This document shows, piece by piece, positions 1-9,543 of a stretch of DNA of 64,000 bases. Position 1 is the first letter of the stretch, and each line of letters opens with the position of its first letter. The position numbers and the translations under genes are program-made. The notes under the pieces were generated by a model that saw only the letters and a program-made list of their open reading frames with translations, ran no database searches and was not told where the DNA came from. Location: assembly GCA_965250285.1 (NCBI GenBank), contig OZ252299.1, forward strand, positions 5,056,001-5,120,000. The letters are read 5' to 3'. Source of the stretch: Myxococcota bacterium. GTDB lineage: Bacteria > Myxococcota_A > UBA9160 > UBA4427.

Positions 1-1
1 T

Positions 2-631
2 CTACGCTGCGGCGTCGTGCATCGGCTCGACGTCTGGACGAGCGGTGCCCTCGTCGTGGCGACGCGTGAAGCCGTCTGGCAGCGGCTGCGCCGCGCGTTC
101 GCCGAGCACCGGGTGTCGAAGCGCTACGTCGCGCTCGTCGAGGGTGAGTTCGAAGCCGGGGCAGGCGGCGAGCTCGAGATGAACCTCGGGCTCGTCATGG
201 CGCGGCATCGACCCGCGAAGGTGCGCGTGGTGCGGCCGAGTGAGCCGGACAGTCCGGCCGTGCGGCCGGTGTCGCAGACGGTGCGCCGGATCGACTCGTA
301 TGGCGGTGAAGCTTCGATGGTCGAGATTCGGCCGCGCACGGGCTTCCTGCACCAGATTCGGGTCACCCTCGCACATCTCGGTCATCCGCTGATCGGCGAT
401 CGCACGTACGGATCGCGCGCGCGGGGCGACCGAGCCGACTGGGCCGAGATCTGCGGGGCGCGTCGGCACATGCTGCACGCGGCCGAGGTCGAGATCGATG
501 AAGTGCACGCGGTGTCGCCGATCGCCGCCGACTTCGATGCGTGTCGGCGCAAGCTCGCTGAGATCGGCCGGGCGCTGACGCTCGAGCTCGAAGACGAAGC
601 CAGCGAGGAAACAGGAGACTCGACCGAATGA
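2..631 (+). CDS. RluA-family RNA pseudouridine synthase (5' truncated by window edge)
   Basis: VHRLD catalytic motif, KRYVALV, TGFLHQIRV, GHPLIGDRTYG, MLHA; frame is open to the window start. Confidence 0.9.
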   Translation, partial: LRCGVVHRLDVWTSGALVVATREAVWQRLRRAFAEHRVSKRYVALVEGEFEAGAGGELEMNLGLVMARHRPAKVRVVRPSEPDSPAVRPVSQTVRRIDSYGGEASMVEIRPRTGFLHQIRVTLAHLGHPLIGDRTYGSRARGDRADWAEICGARRHMLHAAEVEIDEVHAVSPIAADFDACRRKLAEIGRALTLELEDEASEETGDSTE

Positions 632-1161
632 AGATCGTGGTCGTCGTGGCCTCGGCCACCGGGCGCACGCGTCGCATGGCCGAAGCGTTCGTCGAGGGCG
701 CCGAATCGGAGGGTGCTGACGTCGAGCTGCTCGATGCGGCCGACGCCGATGGTCACGCCCTCGTCGATGCGGCTGCGGTCGTGCTCGGGTGTGGCGTCCA
801 CATGTCGGGTGTCCCGACGGCGATGCGCTCGTTCCTCGAGCGGCTCGCGCCGCAGTGGATGGCCGGCGTCTTCACGGGCAAGCTGGCGGCAGGGTTCGTG
901 ACCTCGGGTGCCGGCGCCCGCGGCGGCGGCGAGATGGCGCTCGTCGAGCTGCTCTCGGCGCTCGCCCAGCACGGCATGCTGCTCGTCTCGATGCCGAACC
1001 GCACCGAGGGCTTCTCGGCGGCTGGCTCGCATTGGGGACCGATCGCCTGGACGAACCCCCGGCAGGGCGAGGCCGGTCCCACCGCGGCGCACCTGAAGGC
1101 CGCCCGCGGGCACGGCGCCCACGTTGCGCGCTGTGCGGCGCGCTGGGGCGCCGAGGCGTAG
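628..1161 (+). CDS. WrbA/flavodoxin-like NAD(P)H:quinone oxidoreductase
   Basis: [14 protein letters not shown] loop, [17 protein letters not shown] overlap with upstream gene. Confidence 0.8.
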   Translation: MKIVVVVASATGRTRRMAEAFVEGAESEGADVELLDAADADGHALVDAAAVVLGCGVHMSGVPTAMRSFLERLAPQWMAGVFTGKLAAGFVTSGAGARGGGEMALVELLSALAQHGMLLVSMPNRTEGFSAAGSHWGPIAWTNPRQGEAGPTAAHLKAARGHGAHVARCAARWGAEA

Positions 1162-1238
1162 CGCCCGCGCGATCCGCCTGGATTTCGCCGCCCCAGCGTC
1201 GCCCACGAAGCGTCGATCGAGTCGTGCCGCTCCCCGTC

Positions 1239-1267
1239 TGGATACCCCACCCGGGTATAGGTATCCT
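1239..1267 (+). promoter_or_regulatory. CsoR-type operator within putative copA promoter
   Basis: ATACCC-CACCC-GGGTAT inverted repeat at 1242-1258, between TGGATA and TATCCT (17-bp spacing); csoR in same operon. Confidence 0.75.
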
Positions 1268-1303
1268 CCCGACGCCGAGCCCGTCGGCGCCGAGGAGCCC
1301 ACG

Positions 1304-3610
1304 ATGTCCGAAGCCCCGTCCGAGTCGACGGTCGTCGATCCCGTCTGCGGCATGAACGTGACGCCGGGTGGGGCGCATCACCGCACGGTCGACGGCGAGC
1401 CCTTCGACTTCTGCTCGGCCCGCTGTGCCGAACGCTTCGTCGCCGATCCCGCGTCGTTCCTTTCGGGCGATGCCCAGGCGAAGCCCGCTGGGCCGGGGCC
1501 GTTCACGTGTCCGATGCATCCCGAGATCGTCTCGGACGAGCCCGGCTCGTGTCCGATCTGCGGCATGGCGCTCGAGCCCATGGCGCCCAGCCTCGACGAC
1601 GCCGGCAACCCCGAGCTCGACGACATGACGCGCCGCTTCAAGATCGCGCTGGCGTTGGCGCTGCCCGTCTTCGTCGTTGCCATGGGCGAGATGACGCCGC
1701 TGCACGCCGCCTTCGCGTCGCTGCCGAAAGGGCTGGTCGAGTGGGGCCAGCTGCTGCTCGCGACGCCCGTCGTGCTGTGGTGTGGCTGGCCCTTCCTCGA
1801 GCGTGGTGCCGCCTCGCTGCGCACCGGCCACCTCAACATGTTCACGCTCGTGGCGGTCGGCACGCTGGCCGCGTGGGGCTACAGCGTCGTCGCGGTCGTC
1901 GCGCCGGGCGTGTTCCCCGACTCGTTCCGCGGCCCCGACGGATCGGTCGCCGTCTACTTCGAGGCGGCGGCGGTCATCGTGACGCTCGTGCTGCTCGGTC
2001 AGGTGCTCGAGCTGCGGGCGCGCGACCAGACCGGAGCCGCGATCAAGTCGCTCCTCGGGCTCGCACCGAAGGAGGCTCGACGCATCGACGCCGACGGCAG
2101 CGAGAACGACGTCGCCCTCGACGCAGTTCGCGTCGGAGACTTGCTGCGCGTGCGGCCGGGTGAGAAGGTGCCGGTCGACGGCGTGGTCGTGAGTGGAGCG
2201 AGCGCGGTCGACGAGTCGATGCTCACCGGCGAGCCGATCCCGGCCTCGAAGGCCGAGGGCGACGATGTGACGGGGGCGACCATCAACCAGACCGGGGCGC
2301 TCGTGATCCGTGCCGGACGGGTCGGCAGCGACACCTTGCTGTCTCAGATCGTGCAGCTCGTCGCCGAGGCGCAGCGTACGCGCGCGCCGATCCAGGGCCT
2401 GGCCGATCTCGTCGCGGGTTGGTTCGTGCCGGCGGTCATCGCGGCCTCGGTGCTCACGTTCATCGTGTGGGCGGTGATCGGGCCCGACCCGCGCATGGCG
2501 CACGCGCTCGTCAACGCGGTCGCCGTACTCATCATCGCGTGCCCGTGTGCGCTGGGTCTCGCCACGCCGATGTCGATCATGGTGGCGAGCGGCAAGGGCG
2601 CCGGGCTGGGCGTGCTCTTTCGCAACGCCGAGTCGATCGAGCTGTTGCGCGACGTCGACACGGTGGTCGTCGACAAGACGGGCACGCTCACCGAAGGGCG
2701 CCCGAAGCTGGTCGACGTCGTCGCCGATGCAGCGATCGCGTCGGACGAGCTCTTGGCGCTGGCTGCTTCGCTCGAGCAGAGCAGCGAACACCCGCTGGCT
2801 CGGGCGATCGAAGCGGGCGCCGCCTCGCGCGGGCTCGCGCTCCGTGCGGTGAGCGGCTTCGAATCGCGCACCGGTACAGGGATCCTCGGCGACGTCGAAG
2901 GCCGCCAAGTGGCCGTCGGCAACGCAAGTCTCATGGAGCAGGTCGCGGGAGACGCCGCAATCTTCTGGAACCGCGCCGAGGCGATGCGGGCCGAAGGCCA
3001 GACCGTGATGTTCGTCGCCGTCGATGGGCGTGTCGCTGGCCTGCTCGCGGTCGCCGACCCGATCAAGGGGTCGACCCCCGATGCGATCTCGGCGCTGCAT
3101 GCCGAGGGGATGCGCATCATCATGCTGACCGGGGACGAACGCGCGACCGCCGAGGCCGTGGCCGCACGGCTCGGCCTCGACGAAGTGCACGCCGGGGTGT
3201 TGCCCGCAGAGAAGGCCGAGGTCGTGAAGGCGCTGCAGGCCGAAGGGCGCACCGTCGCGATGTGCGGCGACGGCGTCAACGATGCCCCGGCGCTCGCCCA
3301 GGCCCACGTCGGGATCGCCATGGGGACCGGCGCCGACGTCGCCATGCAGAGCGCCGGCGTGACGTTGGTGAAGGGCGATCTGCGCGGCGTCGTGCGCGCG
3401 ATTCGGCTGAGCCGTCGCACGATGGCGAACATCCGCGAGAACCTCTTCTTTGCATTCGTCTACAACGCGGTCGGCGTGCCCGTGGCCGCGGGCGTGTTGT
3501 ACCCCGTGGCCGGCATCCTGCTGAGCCCGATGATCGCCGCGGCTGCGATGAGCCTCAGCTCGTTCTCGGTGATCGCCAACTCGCTGCGTCTGCGGCGCGC
3601 CGAGGTGTGA
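1304..3610 (+). CDS. copA: Cu(I)-translocating P1B-type ATPase with N-terminal YHS and CPMHP metal-binding domains
   Basis: DPVCGM..FCS..C (YHS), CPMHP..CPICGM, TGEP, CPCALG, DKTGT, HP, GDGVND, YN, MSLSS; GAGGAG RBS before ATG 1304. Confidence 0.95.
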   Translation: MSEAPSESTVVDPVCGMNVTPGGAHHRTVDGEPFDFCSARCAERFVADPASFLSGDAQAKPAGPGPFTCPMHPEIVSDEPGSCPICGMALEPMAPSLDDAGNPELDDMTRRFKIALALALPVFVVAMGEMTPLHAAFASLPKGLVEWGQLLLATPVVLWCGWPFLERGAASLRTGHLNMFTLVAVGTLAAWGYSVVAVVAPGVFPDSFRGPDGSVAVYFEAAAVIVTLVLLGQVLELRARDQTGAAIKSLLGLAPKEARRIDADGSENDVALDAVRVGDLLRVRPGEKVPVDGVVVSGASAVDESMLTGEPIPASKAEGDDVTGATINQTGALVIRAGRVGSDTLLSQIVQLVAEAQRTRAPIQGLADLVAGWFVPAVIAASVLTFIVWAVIGPDPRMAHALVNAVAVLIIACPCALGLATPMSIMVASGKGAGLGVLFRNAESIELLRDVDTVVVDKTGTLTEGRPKLVDVVADAAIASDELLALAASLEQSSEHPLARAIEAGAASRGLALRAVSGFESRTGTGILGDVEGRQVAVGNASLMEQVAGDAAIFWNRAEAMRAEGQTVMFVAVDGRVAGLLAVADPIKGSTPDAISALHAEGMRIIMLTGDERATAEAVAARLGLDEVHAGVLPAEKAEVVKALQAEGRTVAMCGDGVNDAPALAQAHVGIAMGTGADVAMQSAGVTLVKGDLRGVVRAIRLSRRTMANIRENLFFAFVYNAVGVPVAAGVLYPVAGILLSPMIAAAAMSLSSFSVIANSLRLRRAEV

Positions 3611-3641
3611 TGCGCACGCGGAAACGAAAGGGAGAAGACGC

Positions 3642-3926
3642 GTGAAGGACGATGCACGCAAGAAGCTGATGGCCCGGCTGCGCCGGATCGAGGGCCAGGT
3701 CGCGGGGATTCAGCGCATGGTCGAAGAGGACCGCTACTGCGTCGACATCCTGCACCAGGTGGCCGCGGTCGAGAGCGCCCTCGACCGCGTTGGGCACCTG
3801 CTGCTCGCCGGGCACGTCGAGACATGCGTCGCGAGCGCCCTCGAGAGCGGTCGGCCGAAGGAGCGGCGTGAGAAGATCGACGAGCTGATGCAGGTGTTCT
3901 CGCGCTTCGGTCGAGTTCGACCCTGA
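3642..3926 (+). CDS. csoR: CsoR/RcnR-family metal-sensing repressor
   Basis: RLRRIEGQV, YCVDIL, HVETC Cu-ligand pattern; follows copA. Confidence 0.9.
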   Translation: MKDDARKKLMARLRRIEGQVAGIQRMVEEDRYCVDILHQVAAVESALDRVGHLLLAGHVETCVASALESGRPKERREKIDELMQVFSRFGRVRP

Positions 3927-3979
3927 TCGAGGCCTGCGGGCTCGCGCTCGGGTCGGGTGTGCGCCCGACACCCGCTCGC

Positions 3980-4657
3980 TCAGCCGCGAACGCGCAAGAA
4001 GGTCAGGCCGTCCGAGATCGATGCCATGACGCAGTCGACCCGGTCGTCGGCTGCGACCTTGTCGTTGAAGGCGCGAATCGCCCGCGTGTCATCCTTCTGA
4101 TTCGAATCGTCGATGACCGAACCGCCCCACAGCACGTTGTCGACGAGGATCAGTCCGCCCGGTCGGATCAGACCGAGCAGCGCCTCGTAGTACGCGTCAT
4201 AGCCGGTCTTGTCGGCGTCGACGAAAGCGAGGTCGTAGGGCCGCGCGTCGCCGGCTTCGTGCTTCAACGCGGCGAGGGTCTCGGTCGCGGGCGCGATGCG
4301 CAGGTCGATGCGTTCGGCGACGCCGGCCGACGCCCAGTGCGGCTTGCCCACCGAGGTCCATTCGTCCGAGACGTCGCAGCACACGAGCCGGCCGCCCTCG
4401 GCGAGGCCCCGCGCGATGCAGAGGGCCGAGTAGCCGGTGAACGTGCCGATCTCGATCGCCTGCTTCGCACCGATCAGGCGTGCGAGCAGCGTCAGCAGCG
4501 CGCCCTGCTCGGGCGCGACCTGCATCACCGAGATGCCGCCGAGCTCGCTCGTTGCGGCGATGAGATCGTTCTGCGCTGCATCGGGGGGCGTGCCATGCGT
4601 GACGAGGTAGCCGTGGATTTCGGGGGAGAGATGAAACGCCTTGGGTTCATCAGCCAT
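3980..4657 (-). CDS. SAM-dependent O-methyltransferase (caffeoyl-CoA OMT family)
   Basis: EIGTFTGYSAL, FVDADK, LVDNVLWGG; GAGGAG RBS before ATG 4657. Confidence 0.9.
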   Translation of the reverse strand: MADEPKAFHLSPEIHGYLVTHGTPPDAAQNDLIAATSELGGISVMQVAPEQGALLTLLARLIGAKQAIEIGTFTGYSALCIARGLAEGGRLVCCDVSDEWTSVGKPHWASAGVAERIDLRIAPATETLAALKHEAGDARPYDLAFVDADKTGYDAYYEALLGLIRPGGLILVDNVLWGGSVIDDSNQKDDTRAIRAFNDKVAADDRVDCVMASISDGLTFLRVRG

Positions 4658-4781
4658 GGGGGCTCCTCGCTGCCGGGACGGGTTCGGCCAGGGCGACGAG
4701 CATACCATCGGCCCCGTGCGACCGGCCGACGCGCGCCCCACCCTCTTCCCAACGTCGAGGCGATCGCCCAATCTCTTCGCC

Positions 4782-6455
4782 ATGTCGCCGGAGCCCGCAG
4801 CCGAGACCGGACCCGAGCCCGCAGCGAGCGCGGCGACGGCTGACGTCGAAGGTCGACCGCGGCGCATCCAGCCGCAGTTCGTCGCGCTCGCGGCCTGCAC
4901 CGGTCTGCTCTTCGGGTTCGGCGCGCCGCCGGGCGGCTGGTGGTGGCTCTACTGGTTCGCGTTCGCCCCGTTGCTGATCGTCGCGCGTCATCCGCTCACG
5001 CGGACACCGACACAAGCAGCGCTCTACGGCGGGGTCGCGGGGCTCGGCATCGGGCTGGTCGGCTTTCCGTGGATCGGCACGATGCTCGTGAAGTTCGTGG
5101 GCGTTCCCGTCTTCGTCGGGCAGATCGGCCTGGTCCTCTTCTCGATCTGGCTGGCCGTGCCATACGCGATCTGGGCCGTGCTGCTGCACGTCGGACCGCG
5201 ACGGGGCGTGCTCGCCTATGTGTGGGCACCGGTGACGTGGGTGCCGGTGGCGTTCTACTGGCCGGTGCTGTTCAAGTACACGCCCGTGCTCGGTCTCGCC
5301 GAAGTCCCCGAGATGCTCCAGCTGGCCGAATTCGGCGGTGCGCCGCTGCTCGAGCTGGTGATGATGTCGACGGCGCTGCTCGTCGTGGGCGCTGCCCGTC
5401 AGCCGTTCCAGTGGCAGCGAGGCGCGTTCGCCGCGTTGGCGGCGACGATCCCGATCATGACGTTCACCCACGGCGCCGAGCGCATGCTGCAGCTCGAAGA
5501 GCGCGCAAAGGATGCGCCGCGTTGGCGGGTCGGGATCGTGCAGCCGAACGTCCCCGTCGGCGACGTGCCGCTCGCCGAGAACTTCCGGCGTCTGCGCGAG
5601 CCATCGAAGCGGGCCGAGGCCCAGGGGGCCGAGGTCGTCGTTTGGCCCGAAGCCGGTACGTACCCCTACCGGCTGCCGCGACCGGTGCCCGACGAGCACC
5701 AGCTGGGCCGGGCTGGCGTGCTCATCGGCATCGATGGGCCGGTGCTCTTCGGTGTCGGCACGCGCAACCGCGACATCCCCTACGGCTTCAACACATTCGC
5801 GCACATGAGCCGCGACGGGCGGATCGAGGGGACGTACGACAAGGTGCGGCTCGTCTTTCTCGGCGAGAGCATCCCCCTCGTCGACCCGGCGTGGGCGCGT
5901 GAGCAGATCCCGTGGATCTCACAGCTGACCGCGGGCGAGGCACCGGCGGTCTTCGTCGTCGAACGCGAAGACGCACCGCCGGTGCGCGTGGGGCCACTGA
6001 TCTGCCTCGAGGACATCATCGCCGACTACGCCCGCGAAGTGGCCGCGCAGGAGGGCGGCGTCGAGGTGTTCGTCAACTCGACGATCGATGCGTGGTACGG
6101 CTACAGCGCCGAGCCCTGGGAACACCTGGCGCTGGCGCAGATTCGGTCGGTCGAGCACCGCGTGCCGATGGTGCGCAGCGTGTCGACGGGGGTTTCGGCG
6201 GCGATCGATCATCTCGGTCGCCTGCAGGCGCACATTCCCGCCCGCCCCGTCGGGCTCGACAACCTCGACGAGTGGCCGGCCGAAGAGCTGGTCGTCGATC
6301 TGGCGCTGCCGACGAATACGGCCGAGAACCCGACGATCTATGCGCGGGGCGGTCACGCCCTGCCCTGGGTATGCGCAATCGTTGCGGTCGCCGTCGCAGC
6401 GACGCGGCGCGACGAGATCATCGCGCGCGTTCGGGTCGCCGACCGCGAAGAGTGA
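4782..6455 (+). CDS. lnt: Apolipoprotein N-acyltransferase
   Basis: Multi-TM N-terminus, VQPNV, VVWPEA (Glu), YDKVRLVFLGE (Lys), ICLE (Cys) nitrilase triad. Confidence 0.9.
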   Translation: MSPEPAAETGPEPAASAATADVEGRPRRIQPQFVALAACTGLLFGFGAPPGGWWWLYWFAFAPLLIVARHPLTRTPTQAALYGGVAGLGIGLVGFPWIGTMLVKFVGVPVFVGQIGLVLFSIWLAVPYAIWAVLLHVGPRRGVLAYVWAPVTWVPVAFYWPVLFKYTPVLGLAEVPEMLQLAEFGGAPLLELVMMSTALLVVGAARQPFQWQRGAFAALAATIPIMTFTHGAERMLQLEERAKDAPRWRVGIVQPNVPVGDVPLAENFRRLREPSKRAEAQGAEVVVWPEAGTYPYRLPRPVPDEHQLGRAGVLIGIDGPVLFGVGTRNRDIPYGFNTFAHMSRDGRIEGTYDKVRLVFLGESIPLVDPAWAREQIPWISQLTAGEAPAVFVVEREDAPPVRVGPLICLEDIIADYAREVAAQEGGVEVFVNSTIDAWYGYSAEPWEHLALAQIRSVEHRVPMVRSVSTGVSAAIDHLGRLQAHIPARPVGLDNLDEWPAEELVVDLALPTNTAENPTIYARGGHALPWVCAIVAVAVAATRRDEIIARVRVADREE

Positions 6456-6471
6456 AGGCGCTCGGGCCGGT

Positions 6472-6840
6472 TCAGCCGCCGCCTTCCTGCTTCATCTGAG
6501 CCTGCATCGCGCGGGCCCGGGCGTCTTCGGCCTCGGGGATGAGGCCCTTCTGCATCAGGATCCGCGACAGATTCGTGTGGCTCAGCGGGTCGTCGGGCTC
6601 GAGCTCGACGAGCTTCTGGGCGCACTCGATCGCCTCTTCGAGGTCGCCCTCAGCGCCGCGCTTGGCCAGCGCCATCGAGAGGCCGTTCCAGGCGATCGGG
6701 AGCGTCGCGTCGCCCGCGATGGCTTCGCGATAGCGTGCTACGGCGGCGTCGAGCTCGCCCTTCGCGAAGAGGCCGAAGGCCTCCTTCGCGATCGCCTTGG
6801 CATCGGGGTTCGTGTCTTGGGGGGAGGAGTCATCGGGCAT
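6472..6840 (-). CDS. Small tetratricopeptide-repeat protein
   Basis: TPR-like repeats (AWNGLSMAL, ELEPDDPLSHTNLS). Confidence 0.8.
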   Translation of the reverse strand: MPDDSSPQDTNPDAKAIAKEAFGLFAKGELDAAVARYREAIAGDATLPIAWNGLSMALAKRGAEGDLEEAIECAQKLVELEPDDPLSHTNLSRILMQKGLIPEAEDARARAMQAQMKQEGGG

Positions 6841-6863
6841 CGCGCGAGTATACTCGGGTCCAC

Positions 6864-7919
6864 ATGGAGATCCGCACCCTCCACACCGACGAGCACCCGA
6901 CCCTGCTCACCCTGCTCGAAGGCCATCCGCCGGTGGATGGACAACCGGCGCGAACCCTGCTCGAGCGTCGCATCGAGCACGATCCGACCTTCGGCCCCGA
7001 CCAGGTGATCGTCGCGGTCGATCACGGTCGCCTGCTCGGGTGCATCGTGATCGTGCCCCGGCCCCTGCTCGTGCTCGGCCATCGCATACCTTCGGGCGGC
7101 CTAGCGTTGCTCTACGTCGAGCCCGAGTCGCGTGGACAGGGGTTCGCGCGCGCGCTGGTCGAGCATGCGGCGACGGCCATGCGCGAGCGCGGCGTCGAGC
7201 TCTCGATCGTGTTCCCGCCCGTCCCCGAGCTGTTCGAGGCACAGGGCTGGCGGGTCTGGACCGGGCAGCGCGCGATCCTGCGCCGCGGTGAGAAGGCCGT
7301 CGCGCCGAGCGGCGCGATCGAGCGCACCAATGAAATCGAGCTCGACCGTTTCGACGCCGACAGCGAGCGGGGCCTGTCGGCGATCCAGGCCATCCACTCG
7401 GCCTACGCTGCGAATCGCCACGGCTCGGTGATTCGCGACGACGAACTCTGGAAGGCGAGCCTGCGGCTCGCGGGCAACCCCGAAGAAGAGATCTGGATCG
7501 CTCGACGGGGAGGGCTCGCCGTCGCGTATGCGCGCGCCGCCGTGCTCGACGAGGTGTTGACCGTGACCGAGATGGGTCGCTTCGAAGATGGCGCCGGCGC
7601 GTTGGCCAAGCTGATCCGCAGCCTGCTCGAGCCCCGCGAAGACGACCTGCTCGCGACGAACGGTCGATCGAGTGAAGCGGTGCGCGACTTTCTCGTGCTG
7701 CCGACGTTCGACGACATCGGTCTGACGGTCGGGCTCGAGCACGAGGGCACCACCTCACACCCGATGGATGATCGCGCCGGGCTCGTGCGCTGCCTCAATC
7801 TGGGTGCGCTCGCCGCGCGACTCGATGTCGAGCTCTTCGACGACGAGACGCCCGAGGCTTTTCTCGAGCGGATCCTGCCACCCGACGGCTTCGTGTTCTG
7901 GCCGGCCGATCGTTTCTAG
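6864..7919 (+). CDS. GNAT acetyltransferase (Eis-like, tandem GNAT)
   Basis: VEPESRGQGFARALV acetyl-CoA motif; second GNAT-like segment; C-terminal FWPADRF. Confidence 0.8.
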   Translation: MEIRTLHTDEHPTLLTLLEGHPPVDGQPARTLLERRIEHDPTFGPDQVIVAVDHGRLLGCIVIVPRPLLVLGHRIPSGGLALLYVEPESRGQGFARALVEHAATAMRERGVELSIVFPPVPELFEAQGWRVWTGQRAILRRGEKAVAPSGAIERTNEIELDRFDADSERGLSAIQAIHSAYAANRHGSVIRDDELWKASLRLAGNPEEEIWIARRGGLAVAYARAAVLDEVLTVTEMGRFEDGAGALAKLIRSLLEPREDDLLATNGRSSEAVRDFLVLPTFDDIGLTVGLEHEGTTSHPMDDRAGLVRCLNLGALAARLDVELFDDETPEAFLERILPPDGFVFWPADRF

Positions 7920-8009
7920 CGGAGTCCTTCATGTCGACGTTCGAAACCCGGCTGCACGCGCAGTCATTCGCGCCGCTGCAGGGTGGCTTCGCGCTGCCAC
8001 GGAGAACCG

Positions 8010-8333
8010 ATGTCGCTTCGTGAGCGGGTCATCGCGCGTCGGAGCCCCGTGCACGGCAAGGGCGTCTTTGCGCGCCGACGGATTCGCACCGGGCAGTACA
8101 TCGGTACGTTCGAGGGCCGCGAGACGCACGAAGACGGCACCTATGTGCTCTGGCTGGTCGAAGCAGACGGCACAGAGGTCGGGATCGAGGGCCGCAACGA
8201 TCTGCGATTCCTGAATCACTCCCGCGAGCCCAACGCGGAGCTGCGCGAGCTCGACCTCTATGCGATTCGCAACATCCAACCGGGGGCCGAGATCTACATC
8301 CACTATGGGGAGGCCTGGAATGACATCGATTGA
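8010..8333 (+). CDS. Minimal SET-domain protein-lysine methyltransferase
   Basis: SPVHGKGVFA, RFLNHSREPN, EIYIHYG SET motifs; GGAG RBS. Confidence 0.9.
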   Translation: MSLRERVIARRSPVHGKGVFARRRIRTGQYIGTFEGRETHEDGTYVLWLVEADGTEVGIEGRNDLRFLNHSREPNAELRELDLYAIRNIQPGAEIYIHYGEAWNDID

Positions 8334-8736
8334 TGCTTCGCTTCGGATGCGACTCGCACTGCTGGTCGCACTGGTCCTCGCGCTCGCATGCAACGACCAG
8401 AGACCGCCCCGCGTCGACGTCTCTGTGAGCAAAGCGTACGCCGAGTGGAAGTCGGAGGATCCGCCGATCTTTCTCGACACCCGCAGCGCGACCGAGTATC
8501 GCCAGGGCCATATCGAGGGCTCGGTCCACATTCCGCACACCGAGGTCGCGAGCCGCATCGACGAGCTTCGGGCGATCGGCGAAGAGCGCGTCATCGTGTA
8601 CTGCGAGCGCGGCGGCCGAGCGCGCGCTGCGGAGGAGGCGCTCGCCGAAGCCGGCGGCTTCGACGTGCGTCACATGGAGGGTGACATGCGGACGTGGCGA
8701 CGCAGCGATCTACCGGTGGTGCGTGGCGACGACTGA
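8320..8736 (+). CDS. Rhodanese-domain protein, probable lipoprotein
   Basis: Lipobox LALAC, DTRS..EY..GHIEG, active-site YCERGGRA; start may be 8348. Confidence 0.8.
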   Translation: MTSIDASLRMRLALLVALVLALACNDQRPPRVDVSVSKAYAEWKSEDPPIFLDTRSATEYRQGHIEGSVHIPHTEVASRIDELRAIGEERVIVYCERGGRARAAEEALAEAGGFDVRHMEGDMRTWRRSDLPVVRGDD

Positions 8737-8811
8737 GTCGCGGGTTTCTCGCGCCGGCTTCGGCCCGGACGGCGCGCTGGCCTCGTGGGGCACTGGGCCG
8801 CTGACCGCGAT

Positions 8812-9414
8812 CTACACCCGAACGGGGTCGTTGCGGCGATGACCGACGGGCAGAGGCGCATACGCGGCCCGGCCCGGGCGGCGCCGCAGCGCCAGCGCGC
8901 CGAGGCCCACCGCGACGAGCAGCGCAGACTTCGGCTCGGGGATCGGCACCACGGCGGCTCGCCAACGTGAGCGCATGGCGAGCACCGCAGGCATGCTGTC
9001 GACCGGCCATGCCCAGCCGGCTTCGGCGTGCAGCTGCAGCGAGTCGATGCGATTCGACTCGAACGCGAGCAGCAGCCCCAGGATCTCGCTGTCGTCGGCC
9101 TCGCGGAGGCCGGGCGCCGGCGCCAGCGCACCCAGCCAGAGTGAAGCGGCGAGCAGCGATCCCGTGCGTCGAATCTCTCGGGCCGCTTCGAGCGCGAACT
9201 CGATCCCGAGGATGTGGGTGGCCGCTCGCTCGTCGGTGGAAGCGGCCGCGTCGCTCGCCGCCATCCGCGCCGCATCGCTCGCGCGCCCGGGCCAGTCGAG
9301 GACGAACGCAGCCGACGGCACCCCCGCCGAGATCGACAGGATCAACACGGCGGCCAGCGCGCCGCTGGTGCGGCACGTTGCAATGAAGCCTCGACTCGCC
9401 ACGGTTCGCAGCAC
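8812..9414 (-). CDS. PEP-CTERM-type exported protein (start uncertain)
   Basis: C-terminal VPIPEP + hydrophobic TM + RRR; signal-like hydrophobic N-terminal segment. Confidence 0.55.
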   Translation of the reverse strand: MLRTVASRGFIATCRTSGALAAVLILSISAGVPSAAFVLDWPGRASDAARMAASDAAASTDERAATHILGIEFALEAAREIRRTGSLLAASLWLGALAPAPGLREADDSEILGLLLAFESNRIDSLQLHAEAGWAWPVDSMPAVLAMRSRWRAAVVPIPEPKSALLVAVGLGALALRRRPGRAAYAPLPVGHRRNDPVRV

Positions 9415-9543
9415 GGTTCGCTCCCTCGAGCACGGGCCGAGGCGCAGCGGCCCGATGAAGGGAGGTGGTGTACGACGCCGCGTTGTGTCACGAATGGATG
9501 GCCGATTCCCAGGGGTCGGGGCGTTCTGGCCTCATTTGAGCGC

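Noticed and set aside
872..3661. Long antisense ORFs (929 aa here; also 43856-46249, 53426-55924, 14691-16568, 14917-17439, 31128-32999)
   Set aside because: Shadow ORFs of real genes, expected from high GC3 and scarce stop codons; low-complexity Arg/Ala/Gly content and no motifs
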